Part shown: piece by piece, positions 1-11,384 of the stretch
Numbering within the stretch: the first letter of the stretch is position 1
Layout of the letters: each line of letters begins with the position of its first letter
Assembly: GCA_040285825.1 (NCBI GenBank)
Contig: JAUPSS010000002.1
Location: forward strand, 744,001-808,000
DNA from: Eukaryota sp. TZLM1-RC
Taxonomy: Eukaryota > Protista > Metamonada: BaSk clade
Direction of reading: 5' to 3'
Length of the DNA stretch: 64,000 bases
Notes under the pieces: model-generated
The model's database searches: none
Told to the model about the DNA's origin: nothing
The model's input: the letters and a program-made list of their open reading frames with translations, nothing else
Position numbers and translations under genes: made by a program

Positions 1-864
1 TTCAGATGAGTTTTCCAATACTAATGCAGTATCAAAAGAAATGAAACTAAAAATAGATAAATTATTGAAACAACAGCCCAAATGGTCACTTTCCGCCAAA
101 AGAGTAAACATTTGGGCGGGAAATTCAGAAAGTCTTGGGCAAAGTTCCAAAAGACTAAACAAATTAACCGCATCAACATAATCAACAACAATCCAATCAA
201 AATGATTATGATTTTTTAAAGGAATAAGATTGCTAACAAAATCGATTACGTCACAAACAACAATATTACTATCACCAAAGGAAGAACATTGAGAGTTGAA
301 CAGACTTGCTTTAAGCCCAAACCTTTTACAAATACCATCAACTTCAAAATATAGGGGAAGAAGCCTTTCAGAGTAGGTAAGTAATAAAACTTTAGAAAAA
401 TGATGGAAAATTGAGTAATTAATTAGGTTGTTGTAAATTGTACTATTCACTGAATTCTCTAATATAATACAAGAATTAATTTTTTTAAAACAAGTCCTGG
501 ATAAATAACTTGTTAGCTTAATATCCAAAAAGTCTTCATCAGATAATACAGTCCAGCCTGGTTGAATGATGGAACGTAGATGGGTTTGAAGCAAAGAAAG
601 TTCAGCACCAAGAAGATTGTATTCTTGAGAGATAGCGTTGATCAAGGAGGGATGGAGTGGACTGTGGTAGTCAGTAGAAAGTTGAGAAGGGCAAGAGACA
701 ATGCAAGAAAATGCCAACTTTCGTAGAACTGAACGTTGAAGTGCTCGATTTTGTTGAGCAAGAAGAGCAAGTGAAGGAATCTGTACAAGCACATCATCCC
801 ACAGTGTCTTGGGACGTTTAAATGTCTTTACACGAACAAGAGCATCAGGAAGGCATTGATCCAT
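1..864 (-). CDS. 5' part of an unknown protein running off the window edge; possibly a degenerate helicase-like fold
   Basis: Hand translation from ATG 864 (MDQCLPDALVRVKTFKRP...) is open for 288 codons to the edge and is not in the ORF track. NIVVCDVIDF..FDWIVVDYVD weakly resembles SF2 motifs Ib/II. Confidence 0.6.
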   Translation of the reverse strand, partial: MDQCLPDALVRVKTFKRPKTLWDDVLVQIPSLALLAQQNRALQRSVLRKLAFSCIVSCPSQLSTDYHSPLHPSLINAISQEYNLLGAELSLLQTHLRSIIQPGWTVLSDEDFLDIKLTSYLSRTCFKKINSCIILENSVNSTIYNNLINYSIFHHFSKVLLLTYSERLLPLYFEVDGICKRFGLKASLFNSQCSSFGDSNIVVCDVIDFVSNLIPLKNHNHFDWIVVDYVDAVNLFSLLELCPRLSEFPAQMFTLLAESDHLGCCFNNLSIFSFISFDTALVLENSSE

Positions 865-906
865 TGTGGTAGGGTCCTTTTTTCAATACCTAAATTACTA
901 TTAGAT

Positions 907-3900
907 ATGCTATCTACGGATGATTATGCTCGTCTGAGGCAGACGGAGCTCCTCTTTAAGACCAATCTAATGGGACTTCAAACTAATGAACTTATTGCTT
1001 CTTCCAAACTCGCTACAAATGCTATTCCACACAAAGCCATTAAGTCCTTCTGTGACAAACTTCAGTCATTGCCGACAGTTGACATTTCTTACACAAACCT
1101 CACCTCCTCCCATCCAGATAGTTTCTTTTCGTCTCTAGTGGCCAGGAACAACCTTCTGATACCCGATTCCCTCCACTTCACTGCCCCCTCTTCTTCTGAC
1201 ATATCTTCCTATTTTGTAGCTCCATCTGTTCTCCTTCTCCCTAACCCTACTTGTTACATAGATATCAAAGTACCCTCTTCAATCTCAACTTCCAGGCCCT
1301 TTTCCAAAGCAACTTGGTTGGTAAGAAGACACGTTTACCTCTTACATCTTATGACCAGTCTTTTTAAGTATTCACCTGAACTTGTTGAGGTATGTGGCGC
1401 TTCTACAGGGATCTATAATTTAAAAGTTCATTTAAATGAGAGTAATTTAACACTAATTATTAAACCAGTTTTTGCCTCTGAATTGTTTACTCTTCACTCT
1501 TTTTTATTTGATTTAGAAAATCCTAATCCTATTTTATATAATTCTATTTGTGCTTCATTGTTTCGGTTTGAAATTCATTCTGATTTAGATTCATTTATAG
1601 ATGGATTTATTCTATTTCGCACTTGGTTAAACCGCTTGGGATTTGGCAATTGCTCTGTTGAGTTTTCCGTCTGCGTGATCAATCATTTGATTGATCAGAA
1701 GTTGATTAATCAATCACATTCCAGTTTCCAGGTGTTTAGAATTCTCTTAAACTTTATCATTAATAATACCAACAATGATGAATTAAAAGGATTTTATGAA
1801 TTTGAAAATGAAAATGTTAACCAATATTCTATTGATTTTTCCTTATTCCCTCAATCTTTTGTCGTTAAATTTCATTCAAAGTCCCTGTTTTTCAATCTTT
1901 TGGCCTCTTTCTCTGCAGGGTTTTTAACTGACTTGCTCTCCTGTGCCAGACGGTCATTTGAGATCCTTCAATCAATTGATGATACTGATGATTCAGTTCT
2001 TGTGTTTTCTTCTCTTTTTTTGACCGATTATAGAGCCTTGGATAGATTTGGAACCATCATTCAATTCAATTCTTTTGATTTTGAGAAATTTATTCCCAGA
2101 ATTGAACAAATACTCAATATTTCAATTCCAAATGATTGTGATCTTTACATGATCTCTTTCTACATTCGGTTAATTCTAGCCACCGTTTTTGGACCTAAAG
2201 TTAGTTCAATTCGTGTTGATTTTGATCCAAGTAAATCTCAGTTCATTATTTATATCGAAAGAAACCCAATTGAGCAAGTTTCCCAGTTATTTACAGGGCC
2301 TCTCAACAATGATCCAGACTTTGAAGCAAAAGGTCGATCATTTACCTTGTTATTTGGAAAAGATAAGGTAAATCTACGAAAGTTAAGAAATGGTGACGTG
2401 CGTTTGGCAATAGTTTTCAATTCTACACTAAGCTCAATAATTGTTGACGTGGTCAAGTACATTTTGAACCTTCATTTTTGTCTGTCCAAGCTCAGGGTCT
2501 CTGCAGTTCCATTTTCAAAGGCTTTAAACCTTGCAAGTGTTGATAATCAATCAAATCAAATCAAAATGATTGTTGACCAGTTTTCTTCGGATATTTTATC
2601 GTTAGAACTGCCACTTTCTATTCTGGAAGTAAATTGTACAGACTCTAGGTACTATGGGTCATTTATTGGTAATGATTTCGATTTTTTCCCATGCCCAGTC
2701 AGTATCTCAATTGTTTTTGAGTCCATCTCCACCTGGCCAAAAACTTTAGAAGGTCTGACTAGGTTTAAACAAGCAATGTTAGTAGAGTTGTTTGAACAAT
2801 TAAATCTTGGTGATCAAAATTCGTCTATTAATCAAAAAGGAAAAGGTTATTGTACTGTCGGTGGTATCTTTTTGTCGCTAGATGTGACACATGTTAATGA
2901 TCCCTTCAGAATCTCAGATGATCTTTTCCCAAATAATTCAAGTCTAATTTGCCATTCTCTATTCATTAAGTCATTTTCTGATTCATTTCCTTGTTTCAGA
3001 GATTGTTTAGGTGTTACTCAACAATTCTTCTCCAAATTATCAATGTCTTCTTTATTTGATAGTTACATTATTGAATTACTAACTGCTTGCGTTTTTTCTA
3101 ACGATGTGGCTGAGCTTGTTGTTGACCGAGATTTTGTTTCTTTTTCTTCTGATCACACACGATTACCAACCAAACAGAGTCATTTTCCAAGTACACAGGC
3201 TCAGTACTTTATAAGATTACTAAGGTTTTTGTCTTCTTGGACATCAAACACTATAACCTTGGTCATTAAACCATCTGATTCTTCAACATTAGATTCACAA
3301 GTCTTTCCAGTTCTCTGTTACGAATCTACTAACCAATCTCCCCTTGTAATCTCCACTCCTTATGATCCAAAGGGCGTTTATTGGACACGCCATTCAGGCA
3401 TTAGAACAAGAGATCTGCGGTTTGTATCTGCTACAAGTAGTAAGTTTTTAAAAATTATTGGAAGTGAGCCAAGTAATTTATTATTGAGGTCTATTCTTTT
3501 TAATCGTATTAAAACGAGTTACAATTTAGAATTAACTTTGAAATCTTTAAAAGATATTGTTGATGGTTTATCATTAGAGAGTAAGTTCAAGAATTTGGGT
3601 AGCTCCTTGCTTTTGCATCAGCGAACTTTTGTGGACTTCAACCCTTATACTCTGTTTATTGAAACTCTTCAAAATGATGATTTCTTAAAGAATTATATCT
3701 CCATATATTGTGGCAATAATACAGATTTCAATTCAAAATTCAAAATTGGGATTCTGTTCAATGACTGTGTTTTCAAGCCTGCACAACTCCAAGTTTCTAA
3801 TTTGAGATGTTTAGTTCCAATTTCTGGGCTTAAAGTTAATGAAAAGGCAGCAGGTGTGGTTAATGTTTTGGTAATTATAGAAAGAATTAAACAGTTAGGT

Positions 3901-3933
3901 AAGGGCTTGGTTGAAAATCTTGTAGTTCTTTAG
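907..3933 (+). CDS. NOL6: Nucleolar protein 6 / Utp22 (Nrap family)
   Basis: ~1000 aa with Nrap-type motifs (LLFKTNLMGLQTNEL, FGKDKVNLRKLRNG, LPLSI, FESISTWP, ISTPYDPKG..WT, IKQLGKGLV). Likely ATG 907 rather than the upstream TTG. Confidence 0.85.
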   Translation: MLSTDDYARLRQTELLFKTNLMGLQTNELIASSKLATNAIPHKAIKSFCDKLQSLPTVDISYTNLTSSHPDSFFSSLVARNNLLIPDSLHFTAPSSSDISSYFVAPSVLLLPNPTCYIDIKVPSSISTSRPFSKATWLVRRHVYLLHLMTSLFKYSPELVEVCGASTGIYNLKVHLNESNLTLIIKPVFASELFTLHSFLFDLENPNPILYNSICASLFRFEIHSDLDSFIDGFILFRTWLNRLGFGNCSVEFSVCVINHLIDQKLINQSHSSFQVFRILLNFIINNTNNDELKGFYEFENENVNQYSIDFSLFPQSFVVKFHSKSLFFNLLASFSAGFLTDLLSCARRSFEILQSIDDTDDSVLVFSSLFLTDYRALDRFGTIIQFNSFDFEKFIPRIEQILNISIPNDCDLYMISFYIRLILATVFGPKVSSIRVDFDPSKSQFIIYIERNPIEQVSQLFTGPLNNDPDFEAKGRSFTLLFGKDKVNLRKLRNGDVRLAIVFNSTLSSIIVDVVKYILNLHFCLSKLRVSAVPFSKALNLASVDNQSNQIKMIVDQFSSDILSLELPLSILEVNCTDSRYYGSFIGNDFDFFPCPVSISIVFESISTWPKTLEGLTRFKQAMLVELFEQLNLGDQNSSINQKGKGYCTVGGIFLSLDVTHVNDPFRISDDLFPNNSSLICHSLFIKSFSDSFPCFRDCLGVTQQFFSKLSMSSLFDSYIIELLTACVFSNDVAELVVDRDFVSFSSDHTRLPTKQSHFPSTQAQYFIRLLRFLSSWTSNTITLVIKPSDSSTLDSQVFPVLCYESTNQSPLVISTPYDPKGVYWTRHSGIRTRDLRFVSATSSKFLKIIGSEPSNLLLRSILFNRIKTSYNLELTLKSLKDIVDGLSLESKFKNLGSSLLLHQRTFVDFNPYTLFIETLQNDDFLKNYISIYCGNNTDFNSKFKIGILFNDCVFKPAQLQVSNLRCLVPISGLKVNEKAAGVVNVLVIIERIKQLGKGLVENLVVL

Positions 3934-4566
3934 TTTTAGTTTATAAATTTTTAGTTTTTTTTACAATGTTGCCTACTTCTTTTACATTCTTGTATACTTT
4001 ATCTTCTTTCAAACAAAAGGATTACGTCCACATAAGTTGATTCAAAATCCTATATGTTTAAACCATTCTTCCTGAATGAAAATACAAAAGTTCAAAAGTT
4101 TACACAACACTGCCAACCAGACAAATTTACCAGCCAATTTAAGCAATCTGGTTTTAAATTTGAGCTGTAGAGATAAAGACAACCTAAGTAGAACATAGAA
4201 AATGATGAGATTGGGTATAACCCTACAAAATTGTAGAAAATAAAATAAAAGAGCAGTGATACCGAGGAATTTTGGAAGCAATTGAATACACACTAAAGTT
4301 CACTAAAAACAGTTAAAGCAAAAAAGCAAGAAGATGATTTACTTACTTGCTTGAACAAATAATCCAAGTCATTTTTAACTCAACCACTCACATCATGTGA
4401 ACTAACTGTTTCATAAATGGTTTAGGGTCTCTTAAATAGTCTCCTGATGGTTAAGTTTAGACAGGTGGATGTAGTTGAAGTATTGGAACTTGACATTTCT
4501 GATAAAGAATGCATTTCCATTGAAAACCACAGCCACACCACCTTCTTTCCAGTTTTGTCCAGATGA

Positions 4567-7500
4567 ATGGACCCCTTTAACGCATACATTGGCTCTTTTA
4601 AGCGAGTGGTTCATCTTGATCCTTCTATACGCTGCATTCAAAAATGGTTCAGAACACTTCAGAAACGACAATACCTCAAACATCTTGCTGATATTAGCCG
4701 CCAAATAGATCATGATCGCCGGCAGCGCCATTACTCTGCTCTCTGTCAATTTACTCGAGCATCCAAACACCATAAGTTGCAACTCCAAAACACATTCTTC
4801 TCTGGGTGGCATCTCTTCGCTCAACGCCAACATGTAGTTGAAATCATGCAAAAAAGACTCACTTATTCATCTGCCAGAGTAGCTCTTAAAGCATGGCGTT
4901 TTCTCACAGCTGATTCCTACAGTGGAAAAAGGCAGGCAGTTTGGGCAGAGAAGCGCATTCTCCGCCGTAGAAGAAGACTGTTGTTCGTCTTTTGGGCTCG
5001 TTGGTCCAACTATGAAGTCAGTCTTCGTCAAGGAGTACTTCCAAAGACATATTATAAGCCCTGTCCTACTTGGAACCGCTACCTTTCACGTATAAGAGCA
5101 GATCGAATCTTAGAGTCTATGATCACGTCAACACTTGGAGTTAAACTTTCTTGCAGGGTTTTTTTCAAGGGTTGGTTGTTTGTTCTCCGTACAGAGCAAA
5201 GGGTGTTTAAAATGACTCTTGCGTCCAATGATTATAGAAGGAAATCTTTATTGAATGGATGCTTTTCCAAATGGCACATTTCCTTCTTTTACACGCTTCG
5301 ATTCAGCTGTTTTGTTGCTCCTCAAGTTCTTGGAGGTTGGTTGTATGTCTCCAAAAGAGATAAAAGACTTAGGGAGCGGTTCCCTCAAGGAGTTGCCCTT
5401 TGTAACAAGATGAACATGTTGTTTTTCTTTAGAGTGTGGCTTAAGTTCCATTGTGTCAAAGACCAGTTAGCTCTTTCGTCAACTCTAGTGTTGGCTAATA
5501 ATAAGAAGAAAACCAGACGGTATTCGTTATTTCTTGCTTGTTTGTTGGGGTTAGCTTCACCAGAGGTTTTGTTATGGAAAGTTTTGCTCGTCTGGAAAAG
5601 ATTTTCTATAAGAAGAAGTTTGGTTTGTGGATTGGGGTATTTTTACTATGTGAATTTATTAAAAAAATACTTCAAAAATTGGAAGATTGGTGGTACTGTT
5701 GCTCTAGATAAGTCGGTTTTTCTTGTTCCGATGGACCTGGGCAGAATGCTGGCTATTGGGTGTCTGAATAGCTCAATATTTAGGTCAAAAAAGGCTTCAT
5801 ATCATGTCACTGCTCCCTTGAATTCCGTTGACCTTTTTAATTTTGATCCAATCAAGTCTTTTGATTCGGCTCCTCTTCATGTCCAAGCGTTTATTGGTTT
5901 TAAAAGGAGAATTCTCGAGATTTTATTAAACTTGAGTGGGTTGGGTGCTGTTTTTGGTGGTGGAAATCCTGTAAAGTCTACAGTAGCTGTAGACTCGACT
6001 GTAGACTTTTTCTCTCTTTTAATACAATCAGTCGTTTTAACCCATCAATCAATTAGTCGATCACGACAGCTAGTTGCATCTTCTTCTAGCCAACCTCCAT
6101 TCAAGCAAAGGGTATTCCAGTCTAATCTTGTCGCAAGAAGTGTAATTAAATCTTCTAAATCTGGAATTGATGCTTACATTGCGGGTCTTTCTGACCCAAT
6201 CAAATCATATTTGATTGAAACAATTGATAGGATCAACAAGGACGATCAAAGACTTCCATTGTTATTGAAATCAGCAGACTTTCAAGTTGAGCAGCAAGCC
6301 AGATACCTCAATCAAATTAATCAATCCTTTAGATTGCCCAGATCAGATGGGGAGTATAATGGTCTTTTCTCAAACAAACTCCTTTCTTCTCTTGGTTATT
6401 GGAAGGGAAGTCGTCCAAAGTCATCTGATCTTCAACGACTTTCTTCTATGGCAAGGATGTATGAAGAAGAAGATAGTGAGGTTTCAAGCTTTAAACTAAC
6501 TAGTGAAGTAGATGATTTTTCTGCAGATAGTTGGATTTTATCGGAATTGAGAGCACTTTACCCCAACGAAGAGTTGACTGATAAAGAATTAGTTGTACGT
6601 CATCCCCAAGCATACTCTACATTGAAATCTTTATTTGAAGCAGCTCCGTTGGGTTCTGTTAATGTTGTACCAACTCCCAACACCAGAAAGATTGCGAAAT
6701 TAGTTAAAGTTGGCGGTAAACTAAATATGAAAGAATTGTACAAAAGAAAAACAGAAAAAGAGAACATAATTAGTTCTTTCCTCAAGGATCACCATCAATC
6801 ACGAGGGAAACAGGCTGATTGTGGAGAGGAAAGTAATGATACTATTATGGATAGGCGTGATCAAGAAAGACTACAATCAAATGTCAATAATCAATCAAAT
6901 GATGACGAATCACCTTCCTTTACATCATTTAATCCAATTGACTCTGACGACAGTGACACCTTGGCCCCCCACTACAAACAACCTTTATTGAAGAAATCTG
7001 TTTCTTTGAAGCAGTTGTACAGCACAAAAAGCCAAAAAGATGAAGATCCAAGTGCAAAATCAGAAAAGAAGAAAAAGAGTTTATCCCCTGAATCATTTGG
7101 TTCTTTTCTTACCCCAATTCAGCCTCTCAACAACCAGTTTCTTGACAAAGATGAAGTTGGTGATTTTGTTGGGCAAGGGCTTGAGACTGAGACAGAAAGC
7201 AGTGATGTTGATGACACTTCAGGTAATGTATTCATGAGAAAGAGTGAGGAATCTGATGAAGTCGCGGGTTCTGAAGTTGGGAAACCTACATCATTTCAGT
7301 CGAATTTTCCTAATGATGTAAGTACTGATAAACGTCCAAAAGATCTCTCTCATTTAGTTGAGGGTTCCTTGAGACATATAAACAATACTGTTTCAATGAC
7401 CAATTCCAGAGTTTACAAAAGTCAAAAGGAGTCTGGTGGTCACGATAGGTCAAGAAATAGGTCAACAGAATTGATTGAATCTGAACTACATGAAATTGAA

Positions 7501-9915
7501 TCTAAACCTTCTCCTTTGGACAATCAAACGGTAGAAATAAAACCAAGAAAGAAGGTTCGCTTCGTTGATGAAGTGGATGAAGTCACGTATACCCCTCAAA
7601 AGAAGAAAAAGAAAAAGAAATCCAAGGCTGTACAAGATCGTTTTGTAGATGAAACCAAAATAAATGTCAAAGACAATACAAAAGTTAAAGTAGGTAAAAA
7701 TAGAGTGAAGGAAAAGTTGATGGAAAGTCAAGATTCTCTTAGTGTGCAAGGTAAGTACTCAAGTGCCCAAGACGATGATTTATTTGTTTTTAATGATGAA
7801 AATCCAAATGATGTCCAATCATCCCTTAATCAATCAAATTCATCAATCAATTATGATTCAGATGATAATTCTCCCATTTTTGATTCTGAATTTGATTACT
7901 CTTTTTCACAATCTCTGTCTGGTACAGTCACTAATAGCGCACCTCATTCTCTTCAAAGTAAACATTCAGAGGGAGAGTTACAAGATACAGTTTTCCCAAC
8001 AAAAGAAAGACCCAACCCTAACCTCAATGGATCTTCTGGATTTTCTTCTGAGCCAGTGGATTCCAGTCAAGGTGGAACAAAAGTGGCTGTTTTAGAAGAT
8101 GGCAAGAGTGATCACAACAAGCCTATCAGCTCAAAAAGAAGGCCAAAGGTGGGCCAAAAAGATAATGAAAGGCAACCTTCTTCTTTGCGAACTGTACTTC
8201 AAAATAGAATCAAAAGAGGAAAGAGCAGAGTGACAGAGACAAAAAACTTGGCTGAGGATGGGAAATCACCTTCAGTTTCCTCCTTTGTTTTTGGTTCTCA
8301 AATACCTGCTTTACCTAATCAAAATTTGATTGATAGCCACCCCAATCAGGAACCAACCAAGGACTCTCCTCCAATCACCGAGCCCAACAATACTCCCACA
8401 ATGGGCGAATCAGATTCTAGCTCCTCATCTGATAATGAGATTAGTCTTGTAAGTTCTTTGAAAACAGCTTTTGATTATGGTTTTGAAGCAGAATCTGATG
8501 TTAATTTGGAGAGTGATTCTAAATTCGAATTTAGAGAGACAAAGCAAAAGGAACGACAAGGGACACCAATTAGCAAACCATTATCCTCATTATCACTGCA
8601 CACTAAGCCAAAATCTAGCGAGTTTTCATCTAGAGTTCAAAGAGAAAAAGAATTTGCTCTGAAAAAGGCAAGGAGAGACCAGCGTAAGGTTCATTTACAA
8701 TCAGACTTTTCCACTAATCAATTGATCTCTTCCACTTTGCCAGAAATTCCTTTTTTAAATTTAAAACTGACCAATCCTCTTTCGGCAGCATCAGATTTTC
8801 AATTTAATCAAATGAATCATTATGGTTTCGATGGTCATGATCTCTCCACTATTCTTCCCTTGCCCTCTGCCAGTTCTTCCAGTAGATCGGTAGAGGTTAC
8901 CTCGAGAATAGCAGGTCCAGAAGTGATCAACATTAAGGATGTCAAGAGCAATATTCCTAGTGATGTAATAGACATTCTTAAGGAACGAAGTAGCTCTGTT
9001 CTACTAGACACTGATGAAGTATTAGACTTTATAAACAGCTCATCACCCCAGTCGTCTTGTTCATCCCCTAAATCTCAACCATCAATGTCTATCAGAGCAT
9101 TGTCCTCATCTATGTCTGTACGTAGCGTTTCCTCTCCTCCCAGATCGAGAACTGCTCCACACACCTCACCAGTCAAGGATAGAGGGGTTAGGAACATGGG
9201 AGAGCACGAAGAGAAGGCACCTCTTAGATTAGTCAGGTCGGTGTCTCAACCTTTGTTTAATGTAATAAGGGAAGAATCTGTGTTTGGAGGGGTAGGTTCT
9301 CCTAATCAGTTTAGATTGCCTTCTGTCAAGATTGAGAAAAGGAGGTCTGTTCCTAGTCAATCAAATGTTCAATCAAATGTTCAATCAAATGATGGAGGTG
9401 AATCTAGTACTAGCAATAACTTCAATACTTTGAAGCACCAGATTAATAGTACCAAGATTAAAACAACTCCGCCCAAACCAAAATCTCCTCCTCCTCTCAG
9501 TAGTGAGAATGAATGGTCTCAGAAAGAACCTACATCATCTTTACCTCAACATTGTAGTGATTGTCAATACAAGATGTTTTTAAAAGAGAAAGTTACAGGA
9601 AAACCATTGAAATCTACTCGGGAGCAGTCCTGCTCAGTAAAAGCTCAATACAAGCCACCAATCATTGAGAAAAAAGAAGAAAATCAACAGGATTCTTTGG
9701 TTGATTTGTCCTTTTCCTCTTTTTCACTTGCTGATTATACTCCAGATCGTCACCCACCTCCTAAACGTCCCACTTCAACTCCAAGATTTGGTAAAAGCAA
9801 CAAATACATCAAAGACAAGAGATTTTATTTACCAACCAGAAATCAGATTGAGCCCAGGGTGACTGTCTCTGCCCCTAGTGATGTGTTAATGGTTGGGAAG
9901 AATTCTTTAAGGTAA
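4567..9915 (+). CDS. Large hypothetical protein: basic N-terminus with W/F periodicity (Sfi1-like) and a long Ser/charged disordered C-terminus
   Basis: Uninterrupted 1782-aa ORF with repeated F..W motifs in the first ~380 aa. Confidence 0.75.
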   Translation: MDPFNAYIGSFKRVVHLDPSIRCIQKWFRTLQKRQYLKHLADISRQIDHDRRQRHYSALCQFTRASKHHKLQLQNTFFSGWHLFAQRQHVVEIMQKRLTYSSARVALKAWRFLTADSYSGKRQAVWAEKRILRRRRRLLFVFWARWSNYEVSLRQGVLPKTYYKPCPTWNRYLSRIRADRILESMITSTLGVKLSCRVFFKGWLFVLRTEQRVFKMTLASNDYRRKSLLNGCFSKWHISFFYTLRFSCFVAPQVLGGWLYVSKRDKRLRERFPQGVALCNKMNMLFFFRVWLKFHCVKDQLALSSTLVLANNKKKTRRYSLFLACLLGLASPEVLLWKVLLVWKRFSIRRSLVCGLGYFYYVNLLKKYFKNWKIGGTVALDKSVFLVPMDLGRMLAIGCLNSSIFRSKKASYHVTAPLNSVDLFNFDPIKSFDSAPLHVQAFIGFKRRILEILLNLSGLGAVFGGGNPVKSTVAVDSTVDFFSLLIQSVVLTHQSISRSRQLVASSSSQPPFKQRVFQSNLVARSVIKSSKSGIDAYIAGLSDPIKSYLIETIDRINKDDQRLPLLLKSADFQVEQQARYLNQINQSFRLPRSDGEYNGLFSNKLLSSLGYWKGSRPKSSDLQRLSSMARMYEEEDSEVSSFKLTSEVDDFSADSWILSELRALYPNEELTDKELVVRHPQAYSTLKSLFEAAPLGSVNVVPTPNTRKIAKLVKVGGKLNMKELYKRKTEKENIISSFLKDHHQSRGKQADCGEESNDTIMDRRDQERLQSNVNNQSNDDESPSFTSFNPIDSDDSDTLAPHYKQPLLKKSVSLKQLYSTKSQKDEDPSAKSEKKKKSLSPESFGSFLTPIQPLNNQFLDKDEVGDFVGQGLETETESSDVDDTSGNVFMRKSEESDEVAGSEVGKPTSFQSNFPNDVSTDKRPKDLSHLVEGSLRHINNTVSMTNSRVYKSQKESGGHDRSRNRSTELIESELHEIESKPSPLDNQTVEIKPRKKVRFVDEVDEVTYTPQKKKKKKKSKAVQDRFVDETKINVKDNTKVKVGKNRVKEKLMESQDSLSVQGKYSSAQDDDLFVFNDENPNDVQSSLNQSNSSINYDSDDNSPIFDSEFDYSFSQSLSGTVTNSAPHSLQSKHSEGELQDTVFPTKERPNPNLNGSSGFSSEPVDSSQGGTKVAVLEDGKSDHNKPISSKRRPKVGQKDNERQPSSLRTVLQNRIKRGKSRVTETKNLAEDGKSPSVSSFVFGSQIPALPNQNLIDSHPNQEPTKDSPPITEPNNTPTMGESDSSSSSDNEISLVSSLKTAFDYGFEAESDVNLESDSKFEFRETKQKERQGTPISKPLSSLSLHTKPKSSEFSSRVQREKEFALKKARRDQRKVHLQSDFSTNQLISSTLPEIPFLNLKLTNPLSAASDFQFNQMNHYGFDGHDLSTILPLPSASSSSRSVEVTSRIAGPEVINIKDVKSNIPSDVIDILKERSSSVLLDTDEVLDFINSSSPQSSCSSPKSQPSMSIRALSSSMSVRSVSSPPRSRTAPHTSPVKDRGVRNMGEHEEKAPLRLVRSVSQPLFNVIREESVFGGVGSPNQFRLPSVKIEKRRSVPSQSNVQSNVQSNDGGESSTSNNFNTLKHQINSTKIKTTPPKPKSPPPLSSENEWSQKEPTSSLPQHCSDCQYKMFLKEKVTGKPLKSTREQSCSVKAQYKPPIIEKKEENQQDSLVDLSFSSFSLADYTPDRHPPPKRPTSTPRFGKSNKYIKDKRFYLPTRNQIEPRVTVSAPSDVLMVGKNSLR
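9358..9390 (+). repeat. In-frame 12-bp tandem repeat (caatcaaatgtt, ~2.75 units; QSNV)
   Basis: Seen directly in the sequence. Confidence 0.85.
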
Positions 9916-10608
9916 TGGGGTCAGTTTTACTATGCACTGACTTGTTAAGTAAGTGTTTCCTCTTTTTCCTTTCTTTATTATCAAAATTGACACATTGGTT
10001 TTAAACAAATAACATTAAATAAACCAAATACATTGGTATTTTTTTTAATTACTTGTATTGAAACAAAGGTTTTTTATGGTGCATATCACCCCAATTCTGT
10101 ACAATGGTGACATATAATTATGAGTCTAATGATCCATTCTTTCAATCACCATAATTTAGCTTCATACTCAAGAGGATGGCTTTTTAGCAAAATTCTAAGT
10201 TTCTAAATGTGAGTTTGATGAAATATTTTTCCATGAAATGCCTTTCATTTAGTAATTTTCAACTATATTTGTATTTTGTTAGTAACTGGATAGTAGCTAA
10301 CAAAACAACCAAGACTGCAAAATCTTCCACAAAACTCAAATTTGTCCATTCTAGATCCACCAACAGGAGCGTTAGTTAAACCACTTGTACATCTAGAAGG
10401 ACAAAACCGCACAGACATCGATTATCTCCACCCTTTTTCCAAAAACTGACTCCCAGTAGGTATCCATTATTATACAATTGGATGAATTGATTTGTTGAAT
10501 TTCAATTTATGTTTGGAAGGTTTGACTATCACGTCAAAGAGGTCCTCAAATATTCTTGAAACCAACGATTACTATTTCTCAATATATTGTCAGTAGAGAA
10601 GGAAAGCC

Positions 10609-10668
10609 TTATAAATGTGTCTATTTATCAGTTTGTGCATGTTTCATTGTTTTGTGGATGTAAGGAGT
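10609..10668 (+). repeat. Dispersed repeat Y; second copy at 40951-41010
   Basis: ttataaatgtgtctattta...tgtgcatgt...attgttttgtggatgtaag is shared by both copies. Confidence 0.7.
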
Positions 10669-10754
10669 AGATATTGGCTTTATTCCAAGAATGCAAACAA
10701 GATAACTATAAACAACAACAATGCAAAGCAAGATTCTAAATAAGTGATCATTAA

Positions 10755-11382
10755 CAGAATGATAGATTCTCACTATTTACGGGTTCATGAGCACGTACAT
10801 CATGAAACTCAGTAATACTTGAAAGTATTGAGTTTGAATGACGTGGTAGAGCCTTAAAGAGTGAGAAAACAATTCTGTTCTTCCAAATAAGATGATCAAA
10901 AGACGTCCTGAGTCTTTCAAGAAACTGCGTAAATCATTCAAGCAAGATAGTCCTTCCCTGCCTAAAGTGGCAAAAATGGAAATTCCAATTGGAACAAAAT
11001 CAATGTTTCTGTCACGCTTTTTGTTCAAACGTACAAGTAAATCATTATACTTCGAGCGCTTGCTCCTCTTTGCATTCTTGAGGGTTGATTCAATGTCTGA
11101 AGACGAAGACAACTTCCAAGGAGAAACAGTTGTACAATCAATAATTAATTCTTGGCCGCTATGCCAAGCACATTGAATGTCACCTCTTTTTTGACTTCGA
11201 GCAAACTGCATTTCATCAAATACTGGTTCTAGTCGTACTGGATGATGGGCACTCTTCAACAAATCATAAATGCAATCACAAACAGCATTGTGAATTATCG
11301 ACCTCTTCTGAGTGAACTTCCTACAAGATAAGACATGAAGTATTGGTGGAAATATTGGAAGTTGACATTTTTTTCGATACAT
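10755..11382 (-). mobile_element. CRE-like non-LTR retrotransposon 3' fragment (CCHC knuckle plus RLE)
   Basis: H..SC..R..HNAV..EP..RGDI..IIDCT..K.SKY..FVPIGISIFATLG. Confidence 0.75.
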
Positions 11383-11384
11383 AT

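Noticed and set aside
856-906. TTG/GTG-initiated N-terminal extensions in the ORF track (also 31885-31941, 34649-34690, 42427-42465)
   Set aside because: The sequence is eukaryotic; downstream ATGs fit better, and the extensions overlap a neighbouring gene or a Fanzor tail.
4042-4851. Minus-strand ORFs 4042-4293 and 4432-4851
   Set aside because: No recognisable motif; the second is mostly antisense to the 1782-aa gene. I could not build a consistent spliced model for the first.
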